A DNA stretch of 64,000 nt from an uncultured Acidimicrobiales bacterium (GTDB lineage: Bacteria; Actinomycetota; Acidimicrobiia; Acidimicrobiales; VFJN01). Within the stretch, counting starts at the first letter, position 1. Each line of letters starts with the position of its first letter. The notes under the pieces were generated by a model. It was given only the letters and a program-made list of their open reading frames with translations. It did no database searches and was not told the origin of the DNA. This document shows positions 1 through 11,155 of this stretch, piece by piece. The translations under genes and the position numbers were made by a program. Location: the NCBI GenBank assembly GCA_963759225.1, contig CAVWYL010000036.1, forward strand, positions 77,786 through 141,785, in the 5' to 3' direction.

Positions 1-470
1 AGCTGCCCCAGCTCGTCAACGTGCTCCGGGGCGACATGAGCGTCGTCGGGCCCCGCCCGGCGCTGCCGTCGGAGGCCGAGACCTTCGACCCCGAGCTGCA
101 GCAGCGTCAGGTCGTCCGCCCCGGCCTGACCGGTCTGTGGCAGACCGAGGCCAACCACAAGGCGGCCTTCGACGAGTACCGGCGCCTCGACCTGTTCTAC
201 GTCAAGAACTGGTCGGTCGCGCTCGACCTGTCGATCCTCATCAACACCATCCCCACCCTCTCGCGACGGGCCCTGTCCGCCCTTCGCCGATCGGCGCCGT
301 CCGCCCCGGCGCCGGTCAGCTCGCCCCCGCCTGCGTCCGCACCGGACCTGGGCCGCCTCGCAACCGGCCTGGTGCCGTCGGCCCGTGGGCACCGCCGCAG
401 CGCGGTGCGGCGTGTCCCGGCCGATGGCTCGGGACGGCGCAGGCGGGGGCGTAACCCGCGCAAGCCCCAC
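1..470 (+). CDS. Polyprenyl-phosphate sugar phosphotransferase (bacterial sugar transferase family, WbaP/PglC-like), C-terminal part; 5' end lies outside the window
   Basis: From base 3 the frame reads LPQLVNVLRGDMSVVGPRPALP..RPGLTGLWQ..DLFYVKNWSVALDLSILINT. This is the signature C-terminal catalytic block of the family. There is no in-frame stop before the next gene: ORF 21..1598 continues through an Ala/Pro/Ser/Arg linker. The 3' end is therefore undefined. Confidence 0.8.
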
Positions 471-1755
471 GTGCTGGTCATCGTGCAGAACCTGCCGGTT
501 CCGCTCGACCGGCGCGTGTGGATGGAGTCCAAGGCCCTCGTGGCCGCGGGCTACGACGTGTCGGTCATCTGCCCCCGCGGCGAGAAGGACGGCGAGCGCG
601 ACTCCCGGTTCGAGCTGCTCGACGGCGTGCGGATCCACCGCTACGCGCCGCCCCGGGCCGCCACCGGCACCCTCAGCTACGTGTGGGAGTTCGCCTACTG
701 CTGGATGCGCACCGCCCTGCTGTCGGGCCGCATCTACGCCCGGCGCCGCTTCCAGGTCATCCAGGCGTGCAACCCGCCGGACACCTACTTCGCCCTGGCC
801 ACGCTGTACCGGCCCTTCGGCGTGAAGTTCGTGTTCGACCACCACGACCTGTGCCCGGAGCTGTTCGAGTCCCGCGACCTCACCCAGCCGCCGTCCAAGC
901 CGCTCATGGCGGCGCTGCGGCTGCTGGAGCGGGGCACCTACGGCGCCGCCGACCACGTCATCACCACCAACGAGTCCTACCGCGACACCGCCCGGGTGCG
1001 CACCGGCAAGCCGCTCGGCGACTTCACCATCGTCCGCAGCTCGCCCGACCCGGCGCTGATGAAGCGCGAGGACGCGGTGCCCGAGCTGCGCCACGGCCGC
1101 GACCACCTCGCCGTCTACCTCGGGCATCATGGGCCACCAGGACGGCGTCGACATGGTCCTGCGGGCCGCGGACGTCATCGTCCACGACCTCGGGCGCACC
1201 GACATCCACTTCGCCCTGCTCGGCTTCGGCGACACCCTGGAGGGCCTCAAGGCCCTCGCCACCGAGCTCGACCTGGACGACTACGTCACCTTCACCGGGC
1301 GCGTCGGCCCCGCCGACATCTCCCGCTACCTCTCGACCGCCGACGTCGGGCTGTGCCCCGACCCGAAGACCCCCTTCAACGACCGGTCGACCATGAACAA
1401 GGTCCTCGAGTACATGGCGCACGAGGTGCCCGTGGTCTCGTTCGACCTGGCCGAGACCCTGCGTGCCGCAGGGCCGGCGACCCAGTCCGTCACGTGGCTG
1501 GGCAACCCCGAGGCCGACGCCAAGGCGTTCGGCCTCGCCGTCGTCGAGATCATCGACGACAACGAGCGGAACACGATCATGGGGCGCCTTGGTCGTGACC
1601 GCATCGAGAACGGGATGGGCTGGCCGACACAGGCTGCCGGCTACATCGCCGCCTACGATCGGCTGCTGGGGCGGAACCCCTCGGCCGGCACCGGCGACGC
1701 TGCGCCCACCCGGACCTTTCCCTCTAGACGGAGCCGCGATCTCCAAGGGGTGTGA
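471..1755 (+). CDS. Glycosyltransferase family 4 (GT-B fold); frame broken once as assembled
   Basis: VLVIVQNLPVPLDRRVWMESKALVAAGYDVSVICP..HLAVYLG in ORF 21..1598 continues as MGHQDGVDMVLRAADV..FTGRV..NKVLEYMAHEVPVV in ORF 1129..1755. The frames rejoin (..YLGIMGHQDGVD..) if one G is dropped from GGG 1122-1124. The GTG 471 start is a guess. Confidence 0.75.
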
Positions 1756-1761
1756 CACGAC

Positions 1762-2779
1762 ATGGATCTTCTGACCGCGCTCAAGATCCTCATCCGACGT
1801 TGGCCGGTGGTGCTGGCCGGGCTGGTGCTCACGATCGTGGGTGTCGTCCAGGTGGGCGCCATGATCGAACCCACCTACGAGGCGAAGAGCACCGTGCTCT
1901 TCCTCAGCCCGGGCACCGGCAACAGCTACCTCGAGTTCCCCGCGGGCCTGGAGGTGACCGCCGACGCGCTCATCGTCCAGCTGCAGAGCCCCGCCGGCGG
2001 CGAGCGGCTGGAAGCCGCCGGGGCCACCGCCGCCTACAAGCTGGAGCGGACCAACGGCCCGATCGTCGACATCACCGCCGAGGGTGCCTCGGCCGACGAG
2101 GCGACCCGGACGGTCAACCTCATCGTCGAAGGCCTGAAGGCCGAGCTCGACGCCCGCCAGAGCGCCGCGCCGGCCGACCAGCAGATCACGCTGGAGGCGC
2201 TGACCGAGCCGACCTCGAAGGCCAAGCTCGGCAGCCGCATCCGGGCCCAGGCGGCCGCGTTCGCGATCGGGCTGGCGGGCACGGTGGCGGCCGGGCTGGC
2301 CACGGACGCCGTCATGCGCCAGCGCCGGGAGGTCCGGCTCCGGCGTGAGGCCGAGGCCGAGGTCGCCGCCGCGGACTACGACGGCTGGGAGCCGCCCGAA
2401 CGCGTCGTCCCCACCCCGCGGGGTTCGTGGCCCGTCGACGAGCCCCGCCGGTCCCCCACCGTCAACGGCACGTACGCCGGCCGCGCCCCCGGTGCCGGTG
2501 GTCAACGGCAACGGCGCCGCCAACGGGCGGACGAGCGTCTACCGCCCCGTCCGCTCGCGGCCGGCGGCGGTCGTCGCCCCGGTCGCCCCGTCGCCCCGTC
2601 GCCCCCGACGGCCCCGCCGAGTCCGGGCCGAGCGCCGGCGACGACCGCCCGGCCGGCGAGCGCTCCTCTGGCGCGACGGCCGCCGCCGAGCGGCCGGCGC
2701 CCGCCCGCCGCCCGACGGGTCCGCCGTCGCGCCCCGAGGGCGAGAGCCACCCCGGCGACGGACCGCGCCCGGCGGGTGA
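1762..2779 (+). CDS. Wzz-like polysaccharide chain-length determinant / co-polymerase with a long Pro/Arg/Ala-rich tail; 3' end uncertain
   Basis: MDLLTALKILIRRWPVVLAGLVLTIVGVV (TM1) is followed by a soluble segment of about 190 aa, then TM2 (AAAFAIGLAGTVAAGLATDAV) and RQRREVRLRRE. This matches PCP/Wzz topology. ATG 1762 lies 7 nt after the GT4 stop. Beyond about 2340 all frames are low-complexity, and there is no in-frame stop before the Wzy ATG at 2836. Position 2779 is the stop of a neighbouring frame and is only a placeholder. Confidence 0.5.
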
Positions 2780-2835
2780 CGCCCGGCCGCCGTCCGAACG
2801 CGAAGGTCACCGAGCCGCCGCGCGCCAACCTGCAC

Positions 2836-4240
2836 ATGACCGCCACCGTCTTCCCGGCGGGTCTCTACCGGACCGCCGTCCGCCGCGACGCGTTCGCACG
2901 GCGGGCACGGTTCGACCCGGCCTGGATGGTGGGCGCGTTCATCACGGTGCTGCTCGTCATCCCGTCGCCGCTCGTGGTCGGGCCGCTCGGCGGGGCGGGC
3001 GCCCCGGCGGTGATGCTGGCCCTCTTCTGCCTGGCCTGGTGGGCGTGCGCGCGGTCCGTGCCGAGCGGCATGGCCTGGGGCTTCAACCCCATCCGCTGGG
3101 CCGTGATCGGGTTCACGCTCGCCATGATGGCCGGGTTCGGGGCGGGTGCCCTCCACCCGCTTGCAGGGCATCCAGGTCACCAGCTCGGACCGGACGCTGC
3201 TCATCCTGCTGGGCTTCTCCGGCATCACGCTGCTGGCCGCCGACGGGATCGGCTCGCTCGAGCAGCTCAACAAGGCCATCCGGCGCCTGGTCGACATCAC
3301 GGCCGGGCTGGCGGCGGCCGGGATCCTGCAGTTCTACACCGGCACCGACATCGCCGGGTTCATCAGCATCCCCGGGCTGACGCCGGCCATCGTGCCGACC
3401 GACGTGTTCGCCCTGGAACAGCGGGGCAACCTGCGGCGGGTGGTGGCGACCGCGTCGCACCCGATCGAGTTCGGGGTGGTGATGGCCATCGTCCTGCCGA
3501 TCGCCCTCCACCTGGCGCTCACGGCCACCGCGGAGGAGAAGCGGGCCCGCTGGATCTGCGTGGGGCTGATCGGCGTCGCCGCCCCCCTGTCGCTCGCACG
3601 CTCGGCGATCCTCGGCGTGCTGTGCGGGATGCTGATGCTCTGGTGCGGCTGGTCCTGGGAGCGCAAGAAGGCGGCCATCAAGATCACGCTCGCCTACATC
3701 GTCGGGATGCGGCTCCTCGTCGACGGCCTGCTGGGGACGATCCGGGGCATGTTCGTCAACATGTTCAACGACCCGAGCTACCAGGGCCGGACGATGGACT
3801 ACAGCAAGATCGGCGAGATGTTCGGCCAGCGGCCCTGGTTCGGCCACGGCCTCGGGACCTTCGACCCCCGCATCTACTTCTTCCTCGACAACCAGTACCT
3901 GGGCACGCTGGTCGAGACCGGGCTGGTCGGTCTCGTGTCGATGATCGCGCTGTTCCTGGTCGGCCTGTTCACCGCCCGCAGCGTCCACCGCATGTGCCGC
4001 AACGCCGGCCTCACCAAGCTGGGCGAGCTGGGGCGGGCGCTGGCGGCCTCCATGTTCGTCGTCATCACCAGCTTCATCACCTTCGACGCCCTCGGCTTCC
4101 GGATGGTGGCCGGGCTGCTGTTCGTCGTGCTCGGCCTCATCGGGGCCGCCTGGCGGATCGCCCGCGTCGAGTCGAGCCGCCTGACCTGGCACCCCCGCGA
4201 CGACGCGTCGATGCGGGTGGCGAGGGTGACCCCCCGATGA
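2836..4240 (+). CDS. O-antigen polymerase/ligase family (Wzy-like) polytopic membrane protein; one frame break
   Basis: From ATG 2836, MTATVFPAGLYRTAV..AWMVGAFITVLLVIPSPLVVGPLGG runs to about 3143. ORF 3146..4240 then continues (..ASHPIEFGVVMAIVLPIALHLAL..SLARSAILGV..FGHGLGTF..DNQYLGTLVETGLVGL..). The protein has many TM helices plus the Wzy_C-type loop. The frames rejoin if one G is dropped from GGG 3144-3146. Confidence 0.7.
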
Positions 4241-5058
4241 CGCTGACCCACCTGGTCCTCACGCGCTTCAACGTGCGGTGGATCGTCGGGCCGCACGACA
4301 CCGAATGGCTGGCCCAGCGGTTCGAGCTCTTCGAGCGCTACTGCCTGCCGTCGATGCGGGGCCAGACCGATCAGGGGTTCCGGTGGCTGGTGTTCTTCGA
4401 CGAGGACACGCCCGAGCCCTTCCGCTCCCGCATCGAGACCTACCGGGACTGGCCGGCGTTCACCCCGGTGTTCATCGGGCCGCCGTCGTCGGAGGCCTAC
4501 GACGACGCCATCGCCGCCCACCTCGGCGGCGCCGACCGCCTGGTCACCACCCGGCTCGACAACGACGACGCCCTGGCCCGCGACGCCCTGGCCCGCATCC
4601 GGGCCGCCGTGAGGCCCGGGCCCCGGGAGTTCCTCAACCTGCCCGACGGCTACGTCTGGCACCGGGGCCGCCTGTACCGGCACAGCCACCCGAGCAACGC
4701 CTTCCTCAGCCTGTCCGAGCCGGCCGACGGCTTCCGGTCGGTCTGGGCCGACCCCCACGAGAAGGCGTCGCAGGTCGCGCCCGTGCGGCAGGTCCCCGGC
4801 GGCCCGGCGTGGCTCCAGGTGATCCACGAGCGCAACGTGTCCAACCGCGTGCGCGGGCGCCGCGAGCCGGCCGACCGGCTGCACGCCACGTTCGCCCTCG
4901 ACCTCCACACCGAGGCCGCGGCGGACACCGCCGCCGCCTACTGGCTCGACCGGGTCGTCGGCTACCCGGCCCGGGCCGCCCGGGACGGCGCCTTCCGCGT
5001 CGCCAAGCCGGTGCGCGATGCGGCCGAGCGGGCCGTGACCGTGGTCCGGAGCCGCTGA
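4237..5058 (+). CDS. Putative glycosyl (rhamnosyl-type) transferase
   Basis: MTLTHLVLTRFNVRW..RFELFERYCLPSMRGQTDQGFRWLVFFDEDTP..TTRLDNDDALA. The LTRFN N-terminus and NDD motif resemble the 'putative rhamnosyl transferase' family (from memory). ATG 4237 overlaps the Wzy stop (ATGA). The gene is intact. Confidence 0.5.
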   Translation: MTLTHLVLTRFNVRWIVGPHDTEWLAQRFELFERYCLPSMRGQTDQGFRWLVFFDEDTPEPFRSRIETYRDWPAFTPVFIGPPSSEAYDDAIAAHLGGADRLVTTRLDNDDALARDALARIRAAVRPGPREFLNLPDGYVWHRGRLYRHSHPSNAFLSLSEPADGFRSVWADPHEKASQVAPVRQVPGGPAWLQVIHERNVSNRVRGRREPADRLHATFALDLHTEAAADTAAAYWLDRVVGYPARAARDGAFRVAKPVRDAAERAVTVVRSR

Positions 5059-5077
5059 GCGGGGCCCTCGGCGGGCC

Positions 5078-6181
5078 TCACCGCCGGTCGTCGATGCTGC
5101 AGGGCGCCTCGCCCACCACCCCGGTGATCTGGTAGTTGGCGTCGATCGTCACCAGGTCGTTGCCCTCGCAAACGAGATTCAGGGCGCCGGCGTCGACGAA
5201 GTAGAGCGGCCCGTAGTCGTACTCGCCGTTGACGACGTGGTTGTTCCTGGCGACGAAGACCGTCGGGACCTCGACCTGGTGGAGCCGGAGCGAGAAGGCG
5301 CCGCCCATGAGGATGTTCTCCTGGACGTCCGCCTCGGGGCTGCTGTCACCGAAGAACACGGCGGCGTTGCCGCAGTTGCCGCGGGCGTCGATCGTGTTGT
5401 GGCGGATGGTCACGTTGCGGCCGCCGCCGTAGCCCTGGACGCCGTCGAGGTGGTTGCACTCGCCCTCCCGCACCGACAGCTTGACGAACGAGTCCTCGAT
5501 GACGATGTCGTCGCCCGACACCCGGAACCCGTCGGTCACGTTGTGGATCTCGACGCGGCGTGCGGTGTAGCCGGCGGTGCCGACCGAGCCGTGGCCCCAG
5601 TTCAGGATCGCCGGAGTCGGGTCCCACCTCGACGTCCTCGATGAGGAGCCCGCCGAACTGCTCGTCGTCGTCCCACTGGTTCCAGATGATCCCCATCACC
5701 CGGGTGCGGCGCACCGTCACGCCGGTGGCCCGGATCTGCAGGTCGCCGGTGATCAGCAGGTCCTCGATGACCGTGCCCGCGTCGTAGACCCACAGGTCGC
5801 CCTCGTGGACGCCGGCCGGCGTCCAGCCTGCCGGCACGCCGGTCGTGGCCGGGTTGGGGTGGGTGCCCGGCCGGTAGGACGGCGCGGCCGCGGCCTCCTC
5901 GGCCGGTGGCGCGACGGTCGTGGGGGTGGGGGCGGCGGCGGGCGCGCCCGGTGCGCACCACCGGGCGCCGGGCGCACCCAGCACCGGGGCCCGCGGTGGT
6001 AGCCGCCCGCGCTGGCGGGCGGCGTCTGGGCCGCGTCCCGGGCGGACGCCGCCGGCGCCGCCCGCCGACCGACGCCCGAGGCCCCGTCGCCGACCATGGC
6101 GACCACGGCGATCGGCACGAGGAGGGCGGCGACGGCGATCGCCACCGTGCGGACGGGGCCGCGGGATGAGATTCGATTCAT
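5078..6181 (-). CDS. Secreted right-handed parallel beta-helix (pectate-lyase-fold) repeat protein; frame broken at least twice
   Basis: ATG 6181 opens MNRISSRGPVRTVAIAVAALLVPIAVVAMVG (signal/TM). The middle lies in ORF 5346..5984 (..DLWVYDAGTVIEDLLITGDLQIRATGVTVRRTRVMGIIWNQW..LLIEDVEVGP). The C-terminus lies in ORF 5078..5539 (IVIEDSFVKLSV..GRNVTIRHNTIDARGNCGNAAVFFG..ARNNHVVNG). The periodic hydrophobic/Asn turns are typical of beta-helix repeats. Confidence 0.55.
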
Positions 6182-6382
6182 GGCGGTGGGTCTTCCGGTC
6201 GCGTGCAAAACGGTTGCGTGCAGATCGAAGGCCCAGTCCGCGGCAGGAATCGTTCCCCAGGCGCCGACCCGGTGGAGGGCCCGCCGCGGGGCCACAGAGC
6301 CCCGACGGCCGCCAGCTTGCCCGAACGAAACAGCCTGGTCAAGCACCAGGCGAGGGGCCATGCGGCCGGTATCGGGCATGCC

Positions 6383-7500
6383 ATGCTCTTGGCCATGTCG
6401 CTGCGCGCCCAGGTCGGACGATGGGGTCGGCGCGCCGTGCACGGGCCCTGGTCGGCCGAGCCCCGGCTGTCGCGCTACGAGCCGGAGTCGACGCTGGAGC
6501 TGCCCGCCCACCCGCGGCCGGCGGCTCGGTTCCGGGCGGTCGACGTCCACAACCACCTCGGGCGCTGGCTCAGCGGCGACGGCTCCTGGGTCGAGCCCGA
6601 CGTCGACCGCCTGCTGCGGGCCATGGACCGGTGCAACCTCGGCGCCGTCGTCAACCTCGACGGGCGGTGGGGCGCCGAGCTCGAGGAGAACCTCGACCGC
6701 TACGACCGCGCCCACCCCGGCCGCTTCGCCACGTTCTGCCACGTCGACTGGTCGGTGTGCGGCCGCGACGGGTTCGACGACCTCCCCCGCCAGCTCGCCG
6801 AGTCCGTCGGCCGGGGCGCCCGGGGCCTGAAGGTGTGGAAGGACCTCGGCCGGTCGCGTGCGCGACGCCGCGGGCCGGCTCGTGGCGCCCGACGATCCCC
6901 GCCTCGCCGGGCTGTGGCGGGCCGCCGCCGATGCGGGCGTCCCGGTGCTCGTCCACACCGCCGACCCGGTCGCGCACTTCCGCCCCGTCGACCGGCGCAA
7001 CGAGCGGCTGGAGGAGCTGCGGCGCTCGCCCGGGGCGTCGTGGGCCCGCTCCGGCCTGACCCACGGGCGAGCTCATGGCGTCGTTCGAGGCGCTGGTGCG
7101 GGCCAACCCCGCCACGACGTTCGTCGGCGCCCACATGGCCGGGTGGAGCGAGAACCTGGCGCAGGTGGGGGCGATGCTGGCCGACTGCCCCAACCTGTAC
7201 GTCGACGTGTCCGCCCGGGTCGGCGACCTCGGTCGCCAGCCGCGGGCGGCCCGGCGGCTGGTCACCGCCCACCCCGACCGGGTGCTGTTCGGCAGCGACG
7301 TCTACCCCCTGCGCCCCGACGAGCTCGCCATCTACTTCCGCTGCCTGGAGACCGACGACGAGTGCTTCGCCTACTCCGTGGAACAGCCCCCGCCCCGCGG
7401 GCGCTGGGAGATCTCCGGCCTGGCGCTGGACGAGCCCACGCTGCGGAAGGTCTACGCCGCCAACGCCCAACGGCTGCTACCCGGCCTCGGCGACGGCTAG
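6383..7500 (+). CDS. Amidohydrolase-2 family metal-dependent hydrolase (TIM barrel); two frame breaks
   Basis: The first segment, ..FRAVDVHNHLGRW (HxH motif)..AVVNLDGRWG..GARGLKVWKDLG, is in ORF 6203..8494. The second, VRDAAGRLVAPDDPRLAGLWRAAADAGVPVLVHTADP, is in ORF 6858..7550. The third, ..FVGAHMAGWSENL..LYVDVSAR..VLFGSDVYP, is in ORF 7075..7500. The breaks lie near 6850 and 7060. Confidence 0.65.
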
Positions 7501-8660
7501 GGCCGCCTCGTACGCGGCGCGGAGGTCGGCGCCTGCGCTCCGCCAGGTGAGCTCGTCCCGGCGGGCGAGCGCCCGGGACCGCATCGCCGCCAGGCGGGCC
7601 GGATCGGCGGCCAGCGCCGCCAGGTCGCCCGTCAGCGCGGCGACGTCGCCGGCGGCGGTGGACCAGCCCGTCGGCACCGTGGTCGACCGGCGCACCGGCG
7701 GCGTCGGACACGACCGGCACCGCCCCCGACGCCATCGCCTCGAAGACGACCAGGGCGCTGCCCTCGGTCACCGTGGGCAGCACGAGCACGTCGGCCCCGC
7801 GCAGCACGGCGCCGATGTCGGTGACGAACCCGAGCTCCTCGGCGCCCGCCTGCTGGAGCAGGCCGGCGATCACGGTCCGGTAGTCCGGCTGGATGCGGCC
7901 ACAGATCAGGAACCGGCCGGTGCCGCTGAGGCCCGCGTCGACGAAGGCACGCAGCGCGTCGTGCAGTCCCTTGTTCGGCTCCCCCCGTCCCACGAACGCG
8001 ACGGTGAACGGCCGCCCCGGTTCCCGCTCCGGCGGGGCCGGGAACGCCACCGGATCGAACCCGTAGCGGTGCCGGACCAGCCGCTCGGGGGCGTAGCCCC
8101 GCTCGACGAAGGTGCGCACGACGTAGTCGCTGGGGGCGAGCACGAGGTCCGCGGCGTCGAACTCGGCGTTCTCCGTGGCCAGCCGCTGCGGGTCGTCGCG
8201 GTGCGAGTGCCCCACCGGCACCTCGAGCCCGAGGTCGGCGGCGGCCCGGCCGGCGCGCTCGAACGCCGACGCGGTGTGCGGGCTCGGCGCCTCGCGCAGC
8301 GAGACGACGCCGGCCCGGCGAGCGGCGGCGAAGGTCGCCAGGCAGCCGCCCGGCCAGGCGTGGACGACGTCCGGGGCCTCGGGCGGCGCGGCGCAGCGCC
8401 CGCGCCACCATCCGGTCGTGCCACCGGTAGGCGCGGTCGACGCCCAGGGTCCGGTGCGGGACGCGCCGGCCGGCGACCCGCAGCGTCTCGGTGAAGGCGA
8501 CCCCGGCCGGGGGCGCGGCGGCGTTGAAGGTGCAGAAGACCCGCAGGTCCACGCCCGCCTCGGCCAGGCCGCGCACCTGGTTGAGCGCGGTCGTGCCGAT
8601 GCCGGGCGACCCCAGCGTGTGGGGGAAGCTGTACCAGACCCGCAGGGGCGTCGACGGCAC
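7477..8660 (-). CDS. Glycosyltransferase family 4 (second copy); two frame breaks
   Basis: GTG 8660 opens VPSTPLRVWYSFPHTLGSPGIGTTALNQVRGLAEAGVDLRV. This is followed by ..EAPDVVHAWPGGCLATFAAARRAG..ENAEFDAADLVLAPSDYVVRTF..FVGRGEPNKG..LVLPTVTEGSALVVFEAMASGAVPVVS, and then ..GDVAALTGDLAALAADPARLAAM..*. The first break is repaired by dropping one base of the run at 8381-8383. The second lies near 7690. Confidence 0.7.
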
Positions 8661-8668
8661 CGGTCGGC

Positions 8669-9296
8669 CTAGCGCTGCCGTTCGAGCTCGACCAGGCCGT
8701 CGCCCCCGGCGTCGGGGGCGAGCGCACGCCCACACGCCGCGCAGGTCAGGTCGTCGCCGAGCCGGGCGCCGCAGGTGCACACCCAGCCGATCTGCCGGGC
8801 CGGGTTGCCCACCACGAGGGCGTGGGCCGGGACGTCGCGGGTCACCACCGCGCCGGCCCCGACGAGGGCGTGGGGGCCGACGGTCGTGCCGCACACGACG
8901 GTGGCGTTGGCCCCGATCGTGGCGCCCGTGCGCACGGTGGTGGCCAGGAGCTCGTCCGCGGCCCTTCCGCACGTGCGCCCGGGGCTGATAGTCGTTGGTG
9001 AACACGACGTTGGGCCCGAGGAACACGTCGTCCTCGGCGGTCACGCCGTCGAAGACCAGCACGGCGTTCTTCACCGTGACACGGTCGCCGATGCGGGCCC
9101 CGCCCTCGACGAACGCGTGGTCGCAGATGTTGCAGTCGGCGCCGACGACCGCGCCGGGCAGCACGTGGGCCCAGGCCCAGACGCGGGTGCCGGGGCCGAC
9201 GTCGTCGCTCTCGCACAGCCCCTGGGGGTGGACGAAGACGCGGGGGTCGAGGGTCACGAGTGCACCCTTCGGCCGCACCGGTGACCCGATCGCCAC
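8669..9296 (-). CDS. Left-handed beta-helix sugar N-acetyltransferase, WbpD-like; one frame break
   Basis: ..VFVHPQGLCESDDVGPGTRVWAWAHVLPGAVVGADCNICDHAFVEGGARIGDRVTVKNAVLVFDGVTAEDDVFLGPNVVFTNDYQPRA is followed by RTGATIGANATVVCGTTVGPHALVGAGAVVTRDVPAHALVVGNPARQIGWVC. The layout follows the WbpD pattern (VFTN..PR, ARQIGW). The break lies near 8950. The true start may be GTG 9257. Confidence 0.65.
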
Positions 9297-9342
9297 TTCG
9301 TGGCGCAGGGCGGACTGTGCCTATGGACCTCGCGACGCTCGG

Positions 9343-10462
9343 TCATGCCGCCCCGCCCACGGCCGCCAGCAGCTCGCCCGCCACCCGCTCCTGCTGGGCG
9401 GCGGTGATGCCGGGGAACAGCGGCAGCGTCAGGATCTCGCCGGCCGCCGCCTCGGCCACCGGGAAGTCGCCGGGGCCGTGGCCCAGGTCGGCGTAGGCCC
9501 CGAGCAGGTGGACCGGGTGGGGGTAGTGGATGCCCGCCCCGATGCCGGCCCCCTGCAGCGTCGCCAGCACCGCGTCGCGCCGGGCGACCCGGACGACGTA
9601 GAGGTGCCACACGTGCTCGTTGCCGGGCAGCGTCGCCGGCAGGCCGACGCCGTCGTGGCCGCCCGAGCAGGTCGTCGTAGCGGCGCGGCGGCCTCCCGGC
9701 GCTGCTCGTTCCAGCCCGGCAGGCGGGCGAGCTTGGCCCGCAGCACCACCGCCTGGAGCGTGTCCAGCCGGGAGTTCATGCCGACGAGGTCGTGGTGGTA
9801 CTTGCGGGTGCCGCCGTGGTCCCGCAGGGCCCGCAGCGTGGCGGCGGTGGCGTCGTCGCCGGTGAGGACCGCGCCCGCATCGCCGTAGGCGCCCAGGTTC
9901 TTGCCCGGGTAGAAGCTGGTGCCGGCGACGACGCCCACGCCGCCGCTGCGCCGCCCGTGGTGGGTGGCGCCCTGCGACTGGGCCGCGTCCTCGACGAGGT
10001 CGACGCCGGGCGGCAGCACGTCCGCCAGGGCGTCGACCGGGGCCATCTGCCCGTAGAGGTGGACCGCCATGACGGCCCGGGTCCGGTCGGTGAGCGCCTT
10101 GGCCACGCAGCTCCGGGTCGATGAGCAGGTGGTCGGGGTCGCAGTCGACCAGCACGGGCTGGGCGCCGACCCGGCTGACCGCCTCGGCCGTGGCGACGAA
10201 CGTGTTGGCCGGCAGGATCACCTCGTCGCCGGGCCCGATGCCGCGGGCCCGCAGGGCCAGCTCGAGGGCGTCGGTGCCGTTGGCCACGCCGACGCAGTGG
10301 GCGGCGCCGGAGAACGCGGCGAACTCGTCCTCGAAGGCGGCCACGTCGGGGCCGAGGATGAAGGCGCCGGAGGCGGTCACCCGGTCCCAGCCGGCGGCCA
10401 CCTCGTCGGCCACTTGGGCGTGCTGGAGCTTCAGGTCGACCAGGGGGATGGGATCGGTTCAT
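9343..10462 (-). CDS. DegT/DnrJ/EryC1/StrS-family PLP sugar aminotransferase (WbpE/PglE-like); about four frame breaks
   Basis: ..IPLVDLKLQHAQVADEVAAGWDRV..FEDEFAAF..HCVGVANGTDALELALRA..VILPANTFVATAEAV continues as ..AVMAVHLYGQMAP..LVEDAAQSQGA..AGTSFYPGKNLGAYGDAGAV and then ..NEHVWHLYVVRV..GIHYPHPVH. ATG 10462 overlaps the upstream stop (ATGA). MNRS-IPLVDL is restored by dropping one base of the run at 10450-10452. Confidence 0.75.
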
Positions 10463-11155
10463 GGGGAGAGAACCTCTCGGGGGAGATCGACGGTGCGGAG
10501 GAAGCGGGCGGGCACGCCGGCCCAGACCTCGCCGGCCGGGACGTCGCGGGTGACGGCCGCGCCCATGCCGACGAGGGCCCAGGCGCCGACGGTGCAGGAC
10601 TCGCGGACGAGGCAGCCGGCACCCAGGTAGGCGCCGGTGCCGACGGTCACGCCGCCGGCCAGGCGGGCGCCGGAGCCGACGGTGACGAAGTCGCCGAGCA
10701 CGTCGTCGTGGGTGAGGACCACCTGGGGCATCAGGCCCACGTGGGCGCCGATGCGAGACGTCGGCGGTGGCGACCACGCCGGCCAGCACGACCGTGCCCT
10801 CGCCCACCGTGCACGACGGCGGCACCACGGCCGCCGGGTGCACCAGCGTGGCGTAGCGGGCCGGATCGAGGCCCAGGCGGGCGACGATCGCCCGCTTGGA
10901 GGTGAAGTCGGCCGGGTTGCCGGTGCAGACGACGACCCGGGCCGACGGCCGGTCGGCCGCCGTGTCCACGGGGCCGACGACGGTGGTGCCGCTGACCGCG
11001 GTGCCCCACCGGGCCGGGTTGTCGTCGAGGAAGCCGGCCAGGTCCCAGCGGGGACGGCCGTGGCGGTCGGCGTGGTCGGCGTTGACCGCCCGCACCACCT
11101 CGACCGTCTCGCGGCCGAAGCCGCCGGCCCCGACGACGAGCAGCGGCTCAGCCAC
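10459..11155 (-). CDS. PglD/NeuD-family sugar acetyltransferase (Rossmann-like N-domain plus hexapeptide repeats); one frame break
   Basis: GTG 11155 opens VAEPLLVVGAGGFGRETVEVVRAVN..LAGFLDDNP..VVCTGNPADFTSKRAIVARLG..VHPAAVVPPSCTVGEGTVVLAGVV. The sequence continues ..HVGLMPQVVLTHDDVLGDFVTVGSGARLAGGVTVGTGAYLGAGCLVRE. The break lies near 10750. Confidence 0.7.

Noticed and set aside
2340-2830. A possible collagen-like or tandem-repeat coding region, or a CRISPR-like array, in the Pro/Arg-rich stretch.
   Set aside because: I found no regular period and no repeated unit of 20 nt or more. The composition is simply GC-driven low complexity.
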